From NCBI RefSeq assembly GCF_017876815.1, contig NZ_JAGIOS010000001.1, positions 960,001 through 992,000 on the forward strand: a stretch of DNA of 32,000 nt, read 5' to 3'. Below the pieces are notes generated by a model. That model saw nothing but the letters and a program-made list of their open reading frames with translations. It had not been told where the DNA came from and searched no databases. Both the position numbers and the translations under genes were made by a program. Source of the stretch: Sinorhizobium meliloti. GTDB taxonomy: Bacteria; Pseudomonadota; Alphaproteobacteria; Rhizobiales; Rhizobiaceae. This document shows positions 1 through 8,145 of the stretch, one piece after another. The stretch's first letter is position 1, and each line of letters starts with the position of its first letter.

Positions 1-1
1 C

Positions 2-901
2 ATCATCGACATCACCACGCCGAACCTCCTGCACAAGGAGATGGCGCTCGCTGCGTTTGCCCACGGCAAGCACGTCTATTGCGAAAAGCCGCTGGCACCG
101 ACGGTCGCCGACTGCGCCGAGATGGTCGCCGCCGCGGAAAAGGCCGGCGTCGTCACCCAGGTCGGCTTCAACTATCTCAAGAACCCGCTCATTTTTCTCG
201 CGAGCGACATTATCGAAAGCGGCGAGATCGGCGAAATACGGTCGTTTCGCGGCATTCACGCGGAAGATTTCATGGCGGATGAGAGCGTTCCGTGGGGTTG
301 GCGGCTGGACCCGCGCAGCGGCGGCGGTGCGCTCGCCGACATCGGCAGCCACATGATCGCCTGCATGCGCCATCTCGTCGGGCCGATCCGGTCCGTGCTG
401 GCAGAGACCGTCATCCACATTCCGCAGCGCCCTGTCGCGCGCGGCGCCACAGCGACCCGGACGGTCGAGGTCGACGACGTCACGCGGGCCTTCGTCCGTT
501 TCGAGAGCGGCGCGAGCGGAAGCTTCGAAGCGAGCTGGATCGCGACCGGCCGCAAGATGCAGCACGATTTCGAGATTTACGGCTCCAAGGGAAGCATCGT
601 CTTCACTCAGGAGCGCCTGAACGAGATCAGGGTCTACTACGCCGGCGACGACATCAGGAGCCGCGGCTTCCGTACGATCTGGGCGGGACCGGAGCATCCG
701 CCCTACGGAGCCTTCTGCGTGGCACCGGGCCACCAGATCGGCTTCAACGAGCTGAAGGCGATCGAGGCCAACGAGTTCCTGGAAGCGATCGCCAAAGGCA
801 GCAAAACCTCGACCGATTTCCGAGAGGGCTACGAAGTGCAGAAGGTCCTTTCCGCGACCTATCACTCCGCGAGGACGAACGAGTGGGTGGAGATTGGCTG
901 A
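2..901 (+). CDS. iolY: Gfo/Idh/MocA-family inositol dehydrogenase, 5'-truncated by the window edge (scyllo-inositol dehydrogenase IolY-like)
   Basis: Frame 2 is open from the window edge. IIDITTPNLLHKEMALAAFAHGKHVYCEKPLA is the conserved end of the Gfo/Idh/MocA Rossmann domain (EKP motif), and the C-terminal oxidoreductase domain follows. It lies directly upstream of iolR-iolCDEB, as recalled for smc01163/iolY in S. meliloti. Confidence 0.7.
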   Translation: MIDITTPNLLHKEMALAAFAHGKHVYCEKPLAPTVADCAEMVAAAEKAGVVTQVGFNYLKNPLIFLASDIIESGEIGEIRSFRGIHAEDFMADESVPWGWRLDPRSGGGALADIGSHMIACMRHLVGPIRSVLAETVIHIPQRPVARGATATRTVEVDDVTRAFVRFESGASGSFEASWIATGRKMQHDFEIYGSKGSIVFTQERLNEIRVYYAGDDIRSRGFRTIWAGPEHPPYGAFCVAPGHQIGFNELKAIEANEFLEAIAKGSKTSTDFREGYEVQKVLSATYHSARTNEWVEIG

Positions 902-923
902 CACGATCTGGTCGCGCGGGCAC

Positions 924-1078
924 GCCCCTCATCCGGCCTGCCGGCCACCTTCTCCCCGCAAGCGGGGAGAAGGGACATGCCCGATGGTTCGCGGGCGGTC
1001 ATGGTGGCGAAGGTGGCGCCGCGCGTTTCCTTCGCCCCGCCTGCGGGGAGAAGGTGGCCGGCAGGCCGGATGAGGGGC
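924..1078. repeat. Composite palindromic REP/RIME-like element: forward unit (924-974) and reverse unit (1029-1078) with 36-bp perfect terminal inverted repeats
   Basis: 924-959 GCCCCTCATCCGGCCTGCCGGCCACCTTCTCCCCGC is the exact reverse complement of 1043-1078. Each unit also carries a local hairpin, CCTTCTCCCCGC/GCGGGGAGAAGG. Confidence 0.9.
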
Positions 1079-1131
1079 AGGCTGAGGCGATGCGGGCCTG
1101 CGAACTTCGCCTGGGATAAGGAAGCCAAAAT

Positions 1132-1145
1132 GGAACATCCGTTCT
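1132..1145. promoter_or_regulatory. Candidate IolR operator half-match upstream of iolR (GGAA-N6-TTCT)
   Basis: GGAACATCCGTTCT lies 66 bp upstream of the iolR start. It matches 7 of 8 positions of the GGAA-N6-TTCC palindrome I recall for S. meliloti IolR. Confidence 0.3.
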
Positions 1146-1210
1146 ATCGCTGCAATGGCTAGTCGATTAGACTGAGGCAAACGACAAGAGCGAGCCCGGA
1201 GGCCCGAACG

Positions 1211-2065
1211 ATGCCCACGCCTGAAACGATTGCCGATGTCCCGCAGGATTTCGAAACGCTGAAGGCGGTCATCCTCGAGCGCAAGGCGCAGCTGCCGAAG
1301 CGGCTGAAACAGGTGGCGGCCTACTCGCTCGACAATCCGGACGAGATCGCCTTCGGGACTGCGGCGAGCATTGCGACTTCGGCCGACGTCCAGCCCTCCA
1401 CGCTCGTGCGTTTCGCCCAGCACTTCGGCTTCGAAGGCTTTTCGAGCCTGCAGCAGATTTTTCGCGCACGCCTGCGGGAGCGCACGCCCGGCTACGAGGA
1501 ACGGCTGAAGGCGCTGCGCCAGAACGATCACAGCAGGCTCGAAAGCGGATCGATCTTCAACGGCTTCGTCGCGGCCGCCCATCGCTCGCTCGACAATATC
1601 GCGACCTCGGTCGATCCGGAGGCGTTCGAGCGCGCCGTGGGCATTCTCGCCAAGGCGAACACGATCTACCTCATCGCCAAGCGGCGCTCCTATCCGATCT
1701 CCAGCTATATGGCCTACGCTTTCGGCAAGCTGAAGGTGAAGTACCAGCATGTCGGAACGGCCGCCGGAATCGACGAGGACATGCTGGCCATGGCGACGAA
1801 GGAGGATGCCGCCTTCGCCGTAAGCTTCTCGCCCTACGCGTCGGAAAGCGCCAGCCAGGCGCGCTTGCTCGCCAACCGCAAGGTACCCGTGGTCTCGCTG
1901 ACCGACTCCGCCTTCTCGCCGCTCGCCGAATCCTCCAGGGTCTGGTTCGAACTGGTCGAGGCCGATCATGCCGGCTTCCGTTCGCTCTCCGCCAGCATGG
2001 CCTTCGCCATGGCGCTGACCGTCGCAATCGCCGAGAAACGGCGTCGCCTCGCCGAGGGCGAGTGA
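1211..2065 (+). CDS. iolR: RpiR/MurR-family transcriptional repressor of inositol catabolism
   Basis: 284 aa with an N-terminal RpiR-type HTH region (LPKRLKQVAAYSLDNPDEIAFGTAASIATSADVQPSTLVRFAQHFGFEGF) and a C-terminal SIS domain. It sits directly upstream of iolC. Confidence 0.85.
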   Translation: MPTPETIADVPQDFETLKAVILERKAQLPKRLKQVAAYSLDNPDEIAFGTAASIATSADVQPSTLVRFAQHFGFEGFSSLQQIFRARLRERTPGYEERLKALRQNDHSRLESGSIFNGFVAAAHRSLDNIATSVDPEAFERAVGILAKANTIYLIAKRRSYPISSYMAYAFGKLKVKYQHVGTAAGIDEDMLAMATKEDAAFAVSFSPYASESASQARLLANRKVPVVSLTDSAFSPLAESSRVWFELVEADHAGFRSLSASMAFAMALTVAIAEKRRRLAEGE

Positions 2066-2073
2066 AGCAATAT

Positions 2074-2117
2074 AGAATGGAAATTCCATATTGACGAAAC
2101 AACGGAATTTATGTTTC
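2074..2117. promoter_or_regulatory. AT-rich iolC promoter/operator region with two near-matches to GGAA-N6-TTCC and a 13-bp palindrome
   Basis: AGAATGGAAATTCC is at 2074-2087 and contains the palindrome ATGGAA-A-TTCCAT (2077-2089). GGAATTTATGTTTC is at 2104-2117. A TTGACG -35-like hexamer is at 2091-2096. The stretch is visibly AT-rich against GC-rich flanks. Confidence 0.4.
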
Positions 2118-2184
2118 ATATGCTCGTCACCCATGGCATAGGCATATTTGTCGGCGCCGGTCCGGCGTCCGCGGGGAGGAAGCA

Positions 2185-4137
2185 GTGAGCCAGATTCCAT
2201 CGGCCCAAGTTCCATCAGGTGCGGGTGCCAAGCCCCTCGACCTCATCACGATCGGCAGAGCTTCGGTCGACCTCTACGGACAGCAGATCGGCACGCGGCT
2301 CGAGGACGTGGCGAGCTTCGCCAAATCGGTCGGCGGCTGCCCCTGCAACATTTCCGTGGGCACAGCGCGCCTCGGCCTGAAATCGGCGCTACTGACACGC
2401 GTCGGCGACGAACAGATGGGCCGCTTCATCCGCGAGCAGCTTCAGCGCGAAGGCGTCGAGACGCGCGGCATCGTCACCGACCCGGAGCGGCTGACCGCAC
2501 TTGCGATCCTCTCCGTCGAGAACGACAAATCCTTCCCGCTCCTTTTCTATCGCGACAATTGCGCCGACAACGCGCTTTGTGAGGACGATATTTCCGAGGA
2601 TTTCATCCGTTCCGCGCGCGCGGTCCTCGTCACCGGCACGCATTTCGCCAAGCCGAATGCGGACGCCGCCCAGCGCAAGGCGATAAGGATCGCCAAGGAA
2701 AGCGGCGCCAGGATCGTCTTCGACATCGATTACCGCCCTAATCTATGGGGTCTTGCGGGCCACGATGCGGGCGAGAGCCGCTACATCGCCTCGGACCGCG
2801 TTTCGGCGCATCTGAAGACCGTGCTCGGCGATTGCGACCTGATCGTCGGCACCGAGGAAGAGGTGCTGATCGCCTCGGGCGAAAGCGACCTCCTCGCGGC
2901 GCTCAAGACCATCCGCTCGCTCTCCAAAGCCACGATCGTGCTCAAACGCGGGCCGATGGGCTGCATCGTCTATGATGGACCGATCTCGGACGATCTCGAA
3001 GACGGTATCGTCGGCAAGGGTTTTCCAATCGAGGTCTATAACGTTCTCGGCGCCGGCGACGCCTTCATGTCGGGCTTTCTGCGCGGCTGGCTCACCGGCG
3101 AGCCGCACGCGACTTCCGCCACCTGGGCCAACGCCTGTGGCGCCTTCGCGGTTTCGCGCCTGCTCTGCGCACCGGAAATCCCGACCTGGACCGAACTGCA
3201 ATATTTCCTCGAACACGGCAGCAAGGAGAAGGCGCTGCGCAAGGACGAGGCGATCAACCACGTGCACTGGGCGACGACGCGCCGGCGCGACATCCCGCTC
3301 CTGATGGCGCTCGCCGTCGACCATCGCAGTCAGCTCGAGGACATTGCCGAGGGAAATCCCGAACTGCTCTCGCGCATCCCGGCCTTCAAGGTGCTCGCCG
3401 TCAAGGCGGCGGCAGAGGTGGCTCAAGGCCGCTCCGGCTTCGGCATGCTGATCGACGACAAATACGGCCGCGATGCGCTCTATGCCGCCGGTGCCCATCG
3501 CGACTTCTGGATCGGCAAGCCGATCGAGCTTCCGGGCTCGCGGCCGCTCACCTTCGAATTCAGCCAGGACCTCGGCAGCCGCCTTGTCGACTGGCCGGTC
3601 GACCATTGCATCAAGGTGCTTTCCTTCTACCATCCCGACGATCCGGCCGAACTCAAGGCCGCTCAGGTCGCAAAGTTGCGTTCGGCCTTCGAGGCGGCGC
3701 GCAAGGTCGGGCGCGAGATCCTGATCGAGATTATCGCCGGCAAGCACGGAAAACTCGACGACCGGACCATTCCGCGGGCGCTGGAGGAGCTCTATGATGC
3801 CGGCCTGAAGCCGGACTGGTGGAAGCTCGAGCCGCAAGCGAGCCGCGCCGCCTGGGCTGCGATCGACGCCGTGATCGAGACGCGCGATCCGCTTTGCCGG
3901 GGCGTGGTGCTCCTCGGCCTGGAAGCACCCTACGAGGTGCTGAAGGACGGATTCGCCGCCGCCAGAACGTCGAAGACGGTCAAGGGATTTGCCGTCGGCC
4001 GGACGATCTTCGCCGACGCCGCCAAGGCCTGGCTCGCCGGCAGGATGACCGACGAGCAGGCAGTCTCCGACATGGCGGCGAAGTTCAAGGCGCTCGTCGA
4101 TCTCTGGCTGCAATTGGGTGAGACCAAGGCGGCGTAG
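2185..4137 (+). CDS. iolC: Bifunctional-type IolC: 5-dehydro-2-deoxygluconokinase (PfkB) fused to a DUF2090 aldolase-like C-terminal domain
   Basis: GTG start at 2185 follows GGAGGA (2175-2180). The N-terminal ~330 aa is a PfkB sugar kinase with the NVLGAGDAFMSGFL signature. The extra ~300 aa C-terminus (LMALAVDHRSQLEDIA...) is absent from the ~325-aa stand-alone IolC kinases. Confidence 0.85.
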   Translation: MSQIPSAQVPSGAGAKPLDLITIGRASVDLYGQQIGTRLEDVASFAKSVGGCPCNISVGTARLGLKSALLTRVGDEQMGRFIREQLQREGVETRGIVTDPERLTALAILSVENDKSFPLLFYRDNCADNALCEDDISEDFIRSARAVLVTGTHFAKPNADAAQRKAIRIAKESGARIVFDIDYRPNLWGLAGHDAGESRYIASDRVSAHLKTVLGDCDLIVGTEEEVLIASGESDLLAALKTIRSLSKATIVLKRGPMGCIVYDGPISDDLEDGIVGKGFPIEVYNVLGAGDAFMSGFLRGWLTGEPHATSATWANACGAFAVSRLLCAPEIPTWTELQYFLEHGSKEKALRKDEAINHVHWATTRRRDIPLLMALAVDHRSQLEDIAEGNPELLSRIPAFKVLAVKAAAEVAQGRSGFGMLIDDKYGRDALYAAGAHRDFWIGKPIELPGSRPLTFEFSQDLGSRLVDWPVDHCIKVLSFYHPDDPAELKAAQVAKLRSAFEAARKVGREILIEIIAGKHGKLDDRTIPRALEELYDAGLKPDWWKLEPQASRAAWAAIDAVIETRDPLCRGVVLLGLEAPYEVLKDGFAAARTSKTVKGFAVGRTIFADAAKAWLAGRMTDEQAVSDMAAKFKALVDLWLQLGETKAA

Positions 4138-4186
4138 CGGTCAAATGAAAAGGCGGCGCAAGGATGCGGCCGCGAGGAGGAAACAA

Positions 4187-6040
4187 ATGAGCCAGAAAAC
4201 CGTGCGCCTGACCATGGCACAGGCCGTGGCGCGGTTCCTGACCCGGCAGATGACGATCATCGACGGCGAGCGCGTGCCGATCTTCGGCGGCGTCTTCGCC
4301 ATCTTCGGCCATGGCAACGTCGCCGGCGTCGGCGAAGCGCTTTACGGCGTTCGCGAAACGCTCCCGACCTACCGTGCCCAGAACGAACAGGGAATGGCGA
4401 ATGCGGCGATCGCCTTCGCCAAGGCGAGCTTCCGCCGCCGCTTCATGGCCTGCACCACCTCGATCGGCCCGGGCGCGCTCAACATGGTGACCTCGGCCGC
4501 GCTGGCGCATGTCAACCGGCTGCCGGTCCTGCTCCTTCCCGGCGACGTCTTCGCCAACCGCAGGCCCGATCCGGTGCTGCAGCAGGTGGAGAGTTTCGGG
4601 GACGGCACGATCTCGGCGAATGACTGCTTCAAGCCCGTCTCGCGCTATTTCGATCGCATCACCCGGCCCGAGCAGATCATCCCGGCGCTTCGCCGCGCCA
4701 TGCAGGTGCTGACGGATCCTGCCGATTGCGGCCCGGTGACGCTATCGCTCTGCCAGGACGTGCAGGCGGAAGCCTATGACTATCCGGAATCCTTCTTCGA
4801 CGAGAAGGTCTGGGTGCCGCGTCGAATCGAGCCTGATCTCGACGAGCTGGCATCGGCAATCGAGGCGCTCAGATCCGCGAAGAAGCCGATCATCATCGCC
4901 GGCGGCGGCGTGCTTTATTCGGAAGCGAGCGCCGAACTTGCCGCCTTCGCCGAGAAACACGGCATTCCGGTCGTCGAGACGCAGGCCGGCAAGTCCGCTC
5001 TGCCGCATTCGCATCCGCTGAATATGGGTTCCGTCGGCGTCACCGGCACGTCCGCCTCCAACGCATTGGCGGAAGAGGCCGATGTGGTGCTTGCCGTCGG
5101 CTCACGGCTGCAGGATTTCACCACCGGTTCCTGGGCGCTCTTCAAAAACGAGGCGCTGAAGATCATCGGCCTCAATGTCCAGGCCTTCGACGCCGGCAAG
5201 CACGAGGGACAGCCGCTGATTTCCGACGCGCGGGCCGGCCTCAACCGCATCTCCGGCGGACTCGGCAGCTACAAGGCCGATAGTGCCTGGACCGAGAGGG
5301 CAAAAGCGGGCAAGGCCGAATGGCTTGCTGCGGCCGAGAGGGCGACCGCCACCACCAATGCGGCGCTTCCCTCCGATGCCCAGGTCATCGGCGCCGTCCA
5401 GCGCGCCCGCGGCGGCAGAAAAACGACGCTCGTCTGCGCCGCCGGGGGGCTTCCGGGCGAGCTGCACAAACTGTGGCAGGCCGAAGAGCCAGGCGGCTAT
5501 CACATGGAATACGGCTTTTCGACCATGGGCTACGAAGTCGCCGGCGGCCTGGGCGTGAAGCTTGCCAAGCCCGATAGCGACGTGATCGTCATGGTGGGCG
5601 ACGGCAGCTACATGATGCTGAACTCGGAGATCGCCTCTTCGATCATGCTCGGCGCCAAATTCACCGTCGTGCTGCTCGACAATGCCGGCTATGGCTGCAT
5701 CAACCGGCTGCAGATGGGAACGGGCGGCGCCAATTTCAACAATCTGTTGAAGGACACGCATCATGTGGAGCTGCCTCAGATCGACTTCGCCGCGCACGCC
5801 GCCGCCATGGGCGCCGTGACCCGCAAGGTCGGCTCGATCCCCGAGCTCGAAGCTGCGCTCGCGGAGACCGCCGACGAGGTGCGCACGACCGTCATCGTCA
5901 TCGATACCGATCCGCTGATCACAACGGAGGCCGGCGGGCACTGGTGGGACGTCGCGGTGCCGGAGGTTTCCGACCGCGATCAGGTGAAGGCCGCCCGCGA
6001 AGGCTACGAAAAGGCCCTCCAGGCGCAGCGGTTTGGTTGA
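4187..6040 (+). CDS. iolD: 3D-(3,5/4)-trihydroxycyclohexane-1,2-dione acylhydrolase (ThDP-dependent)
   Basis: ATG at 4187 follows GAGGAGG (4174-4180), so the track start at 4118 is an upstream extension. The ThDP motif is VGDGSYMMLNSE...LLDNAGYG. It has the acetolactate-synthase-like three-domain length (617 aa). Confidence 0.9.
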   Translation: MSQKTVRLTMAQAVARFLTRQMTIIDGERVPIFGGVFAIFGHGNVAGVGEALYGVRETLPTYRAQNEQGMANAAIAFAKASFRRRFMACTTSIGPGALNMVTSAALAHVNRLPVLLLPGDVFANRRPDPVLQQVESFGDGTISANDCFKPVSRYFDRITRPEQIIPALRRAMQVLTDPADCGPVTLSLCQDVQAEAYDYPESFFDEKVWVPRRIEPDLDELASAIEALRSAKKPIIIAGGGVLYSEASAELAAFAEKHGIPVVETQAGKSALPHSHPLNMGSVGVTGTSASNALAEEADVVLAVGSRLQDFTTGSWALFKNEALKIIGLNVQAFDAGKHEGQPLISDARAGLNRISGGLGSYKADSAWTERAKAGKAEWLAAAERATATTNAALPSDAQVIGAVQRARGGRKTTLVCAAGGLPGELHKLWQAEEPGGYHMEYGFSTMGYEVAGGLGVKLAKPDSDVIVMVGDGSYMMLNSEIASSIMLGAKFTVVLLDNAGYGCINRLQMGTGGANFNNLLKDTHHVELPQIDFAAHAAAMGAVTRKVGSIPELEAALAETADEVRTTVIVIDTDPLITTEAGGHWWDVAVPEVSDRDQVKAAREGYEKALQAQRFG

Positions 6041-6067
6041 CATTGGAATCCGGCCAGCGGCCCCTCT

Positions 6068-6150
6068 CCTCGGGTGTACCCGAGGACTAGTCCTCGGGAG
6101 TCCCTTCTCCCCGCACAGCGGGGGAAGGTGGCGGCAGCCGGATGAGGGGC
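6068..6150. repeat. Mosaic REP/RIME-like element, reverse orientation (CCTCGGG palindrome module, hairpin, then arm)
   Basis: 6102-6150 CCCTTCTCCCCGCACAGCGGGGGAAGGTGGCGGCAGCCGGATGAGGGGC is a repeat unit. Just before it are overlapping palindromes CCTCGGGTgtACCCGAGG (6068-6085) and CCCGAGGACTAGTCCTCGGG (6079-6098). Confidence 0.9.
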
Positions 6151-6211
6151 ATATCGGCACGCAACAGAGCGAAGCATCCGCCTTAAGATACGACAGCAGA
6201 AAGCAAAACAC

Positions 6212-7114
6212 ATGATCCGTTACGGAACCAACCCGATCGCCTGGAGCAATGACGACGACCATTCGATCGGCGCGCATCTGACGCTCGAGGACTGCCTCTC
6301 CGATTGCCGGAAGATCGGCTTCGACGGCATCGAAAAGGGTCATAAGATGCCGTCCGACCCCGAAGCGCTGAAGCAGAAGCTCTCAAGTTATGATCTCGTC
6401 TTCGTCTCGGGCTGGCACTCGACCAACCTCCTGACCCATGATGTCGAAGCGGAGAAGAAGGCTATCCAGCCGCATCTCGACCTTCTGAAGCACAATGGCT
6501 GCAAGGTGGCGATCGTCTGCGAGACCTCGAACGCGATTCACGGAGACGATTCCAAGTCGCTCGTGAAGGACAAGCCGGTTCTGCCGGCGGACAAGTGGGA
6601 GAAATTCGGCACCGACCTCGAGGCGATCGCCGAATATTGCGCCGGCCAGGGCGTCGATCTCGTCTACCACCACCACATGGGCACGATCGTCCAGACCGGC
6701 GAGGAGATCGACCTCCTGATGCGGAACACCGGTCCGGCGACCAAACTGCTGCTCGACACCGGCCATGCCTGGTTCGGCGGTTCCGACCCGGCGGAAGTGG
6801 CGCGGAAATATATGGGCCGCGTCCGCCACATTCATTGCAAGAACGTCCGCCCGGCGGTCCGCAAGGTGGTCGAAGGCGAAGGTCTCTCCTTCCTCGAGGG
6901 TGTGCGACGCGGCGTCTTCACGGTTCCGGGCGATGAGGAAGGCGGCGTCGATTTCCTGCCTGTTCTCAAAACTGCGGCCGAACACGGCTATGACGGCTGG
7001 CTGGTGATCGAAGCCGAACAGGATTCGGCGGTGCGCAACCCCTTCGAATACCAGTCGCTCGGGCTGAAATCGCTGAAGACGTTTGCGAGGGAGGCCGGGC
7101 TCGATCGGGCGTAA
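6212..7114 (+). CDS. iolE: Inosose (2-keto-myo-inositol) dehydratase, xylose-isomerase-like TIM barrel
   Basis: 300 aa, starting [15 protein letters not shown] as is typical of IolE. It occupies the expected position in the iol cluster. Confidence 0.9.
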   Translation: MIRYGTNPIAWSNDDDHSIGAHLTLEDCLSDCRKIGFDGIEKGHKMPSDPEALKQKLSSYDLVFVSGWHSTNLLTHDVEAEKKAIQPHLDLLKHNGCKVAIVCETSNAIHGDDSKSLVKDKPVLPADKWEKFGTDLEAIAEYCAGQGVDLVYHHHMGTIVQTGEEIDLLMRNTGPATKLLLDTGHAWFGGSDPAEVARKYMGRVRHIHCKNVRPAVRKVVEGEGLSFLEGVRRGVFTVPGDEEGGVDFLPVLKTAAEHGYDGWLVIEAEQDSAVRNPFEYQSLGLKSLKTFAREAGLDRA

Positions 7115-7116
7115 TT

Positions 7117-7228
7117 GCCCCCTCATCCGGCTGCCGCCACCTTCTCCCCGCGCGCCGGGAGAAGGGATATGCCGCGCCGCCTCCCGTGTCCCTCCCCGCG
7201 CCCGGGCCAGTCCTCGGGTAACCCGGGG
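7117..7228. repeat. Mosaic REP/RIME-like element, forward orientation (arm, hairpin, spacer, then CCTCGGG module)
   Basis: 7117-7166 GCCCCCTCATCCGGCTGCCGCCACCTTCTCCCCGCGCGCCGGGAGAAGGG starts 2 nt after the iolE stop. AGTCCTCGGGTAACCCGGGG (7209-7228) matches the module at 6068-6098. Confidence 0.9.
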
Positions 7229-7268
7229 AGAGGTCAGACCACAGAAACCCGCGTTCAGGAGACCGTAC

Positions 7269-8069
7269 ATGTCGAGACTGCTCGTCAAACCCAAGGCCCA
7301 GGCCGGCCTGATGCAGGAGATCACGCCCGAGAGCGCCGGCTGGACCTATGTCGGCTTCGCACTTCATCGGCTGCAGCCGGGCGAAACGGCCGGCGGCGAA
7401 ACGGGGGAGAAGGAGCTCTGCCTCGTGCTCGTCAGCGGCAAGGCGAAGATTTCCGTCGACGGCGAGGACTTCGGCGAGCTCGGCGAGCGCATGACGCCTT
7501 TCGAGGGCCGGCCCTATGCGGTCTATGTGCCGAAGGGCAGCAGCTGGCAGGCCGAAGCGGCCACCGCTCTCGACCTCGCCGTCTGCTCCGCGCCGGGCGG
7601 CGAAGGCTTCAAGGCGAAGGTCATCCGCCCCGGTACGCATCCGCAGATGACGCGCGGCAAGGGCACCAACACACGCTACGTCACCAACATCATGCCGGAG
7701 GACGACGGATCGGCGCAGTCGCTGCTTGTCGTAGAGGTGATCACGCCGGGCGGTCACACCTCCTCCTATCCGCCGCACAAGCACGACGAGGACAATCTCC
7801 CGGCCGAAAGCTATCTCGAGGAGACCTATTATCACCGCCTCAACCCGCCGCAGGGTTTTGCCATGCAGCGCGTCTATACCGACGCCCGCTCGCTGGACGA
7901 GACCATGGCGGTGGAGGATGGCGACGTAACGCTGGTACCGAAGGGCTACCATCCGGTCGCTGCGATCCACGGCTACGATTCCTATTATCTCAACGTCATG
8001 GCGGGGCCGAAGCGGATCTGGAAGTTCCACAATGCGAGGGAACACGAGTGGCTGTTCACCGGCGTTTAA
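7269..8069 (+). CDS. iolB: 5-deoxy-glucuronate isomerase (cupin)
   Basis: ATG at 7269 follows CAGGAG. The track start at 7083 reads through the repeat element. The 266-aa product has the IolB-type cupin core (GGHTSSYPPHKHDEDNLPAESYLEETYYH). Confidence 0.9.
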   Translation: MSRLLVKPKAQAGLMQEITPESAGWTYVGFALHRLQPGETAGGETGEKELCLVLVSGKAKISVDGEDFGELGERMTPFEGRPYAVYVPKGSSWQAEAATALDLAVCSAPGGEGFKAKVIRPGTHPQMTRGKGTNTRYVTNIMPEDDGSAQSLLVVEVITPGGHTSSYPPHKHDEDNLPAESYLEETYYHRLNPPQGFAMQRVYTDARSLDETMAVEDGDVTLVPKGYHPVAAIHGYDSYYLNVMAGPKRIWKFHNAREHEWLFTGV

Positions 8070-8145
8070 CCGGCGGAGGTCGCACTGGACGAATGGAGCC
8101 TTCGCCCTATCGTATCTTGCCGAAGCAAGCGACGAGGAGCGATTC

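Noticed and set aside
862-1128. Short ORFs encoding PLIRPAGHLLPA/SPRRRGEG-type peptides (also 17559-17786, 17804-18043, 17880-18164 and 18172-18615)
   Set aside because: These are translations of the palindromic repeat units. The same peptide motifs recur in both orientations purely because the DNA is repeated.
1944-1952. GGTTCGAAC resembling a tRNA T-arm
   Set aside because: It lies inside iolR coding sequence (VWFELV), has no acceptor or anticodon arm context, and I found no tRNA-like cloverleaf anywhere in the window.
929-2215. Long antisense or out-of-frame ORFs from the track, such as 929-2215(-), 2743-4113(-), 5102-6343(-), 6966-8147(-), 9606-10469(-), 10527-11771(-), 16556-17701(-), 18503-19795(+), 20203-20952(+), 22725-23960(-), 27627-28889(+) and 29254-30099(-)
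   Set aside because: Each mirrors a well-supported gene on the other strand or in another frame. The products are Arg/Ala/Gly/Pro-rich with no recognisable motifs, as expected for stop-poor shadow frames in high-GC DNA.
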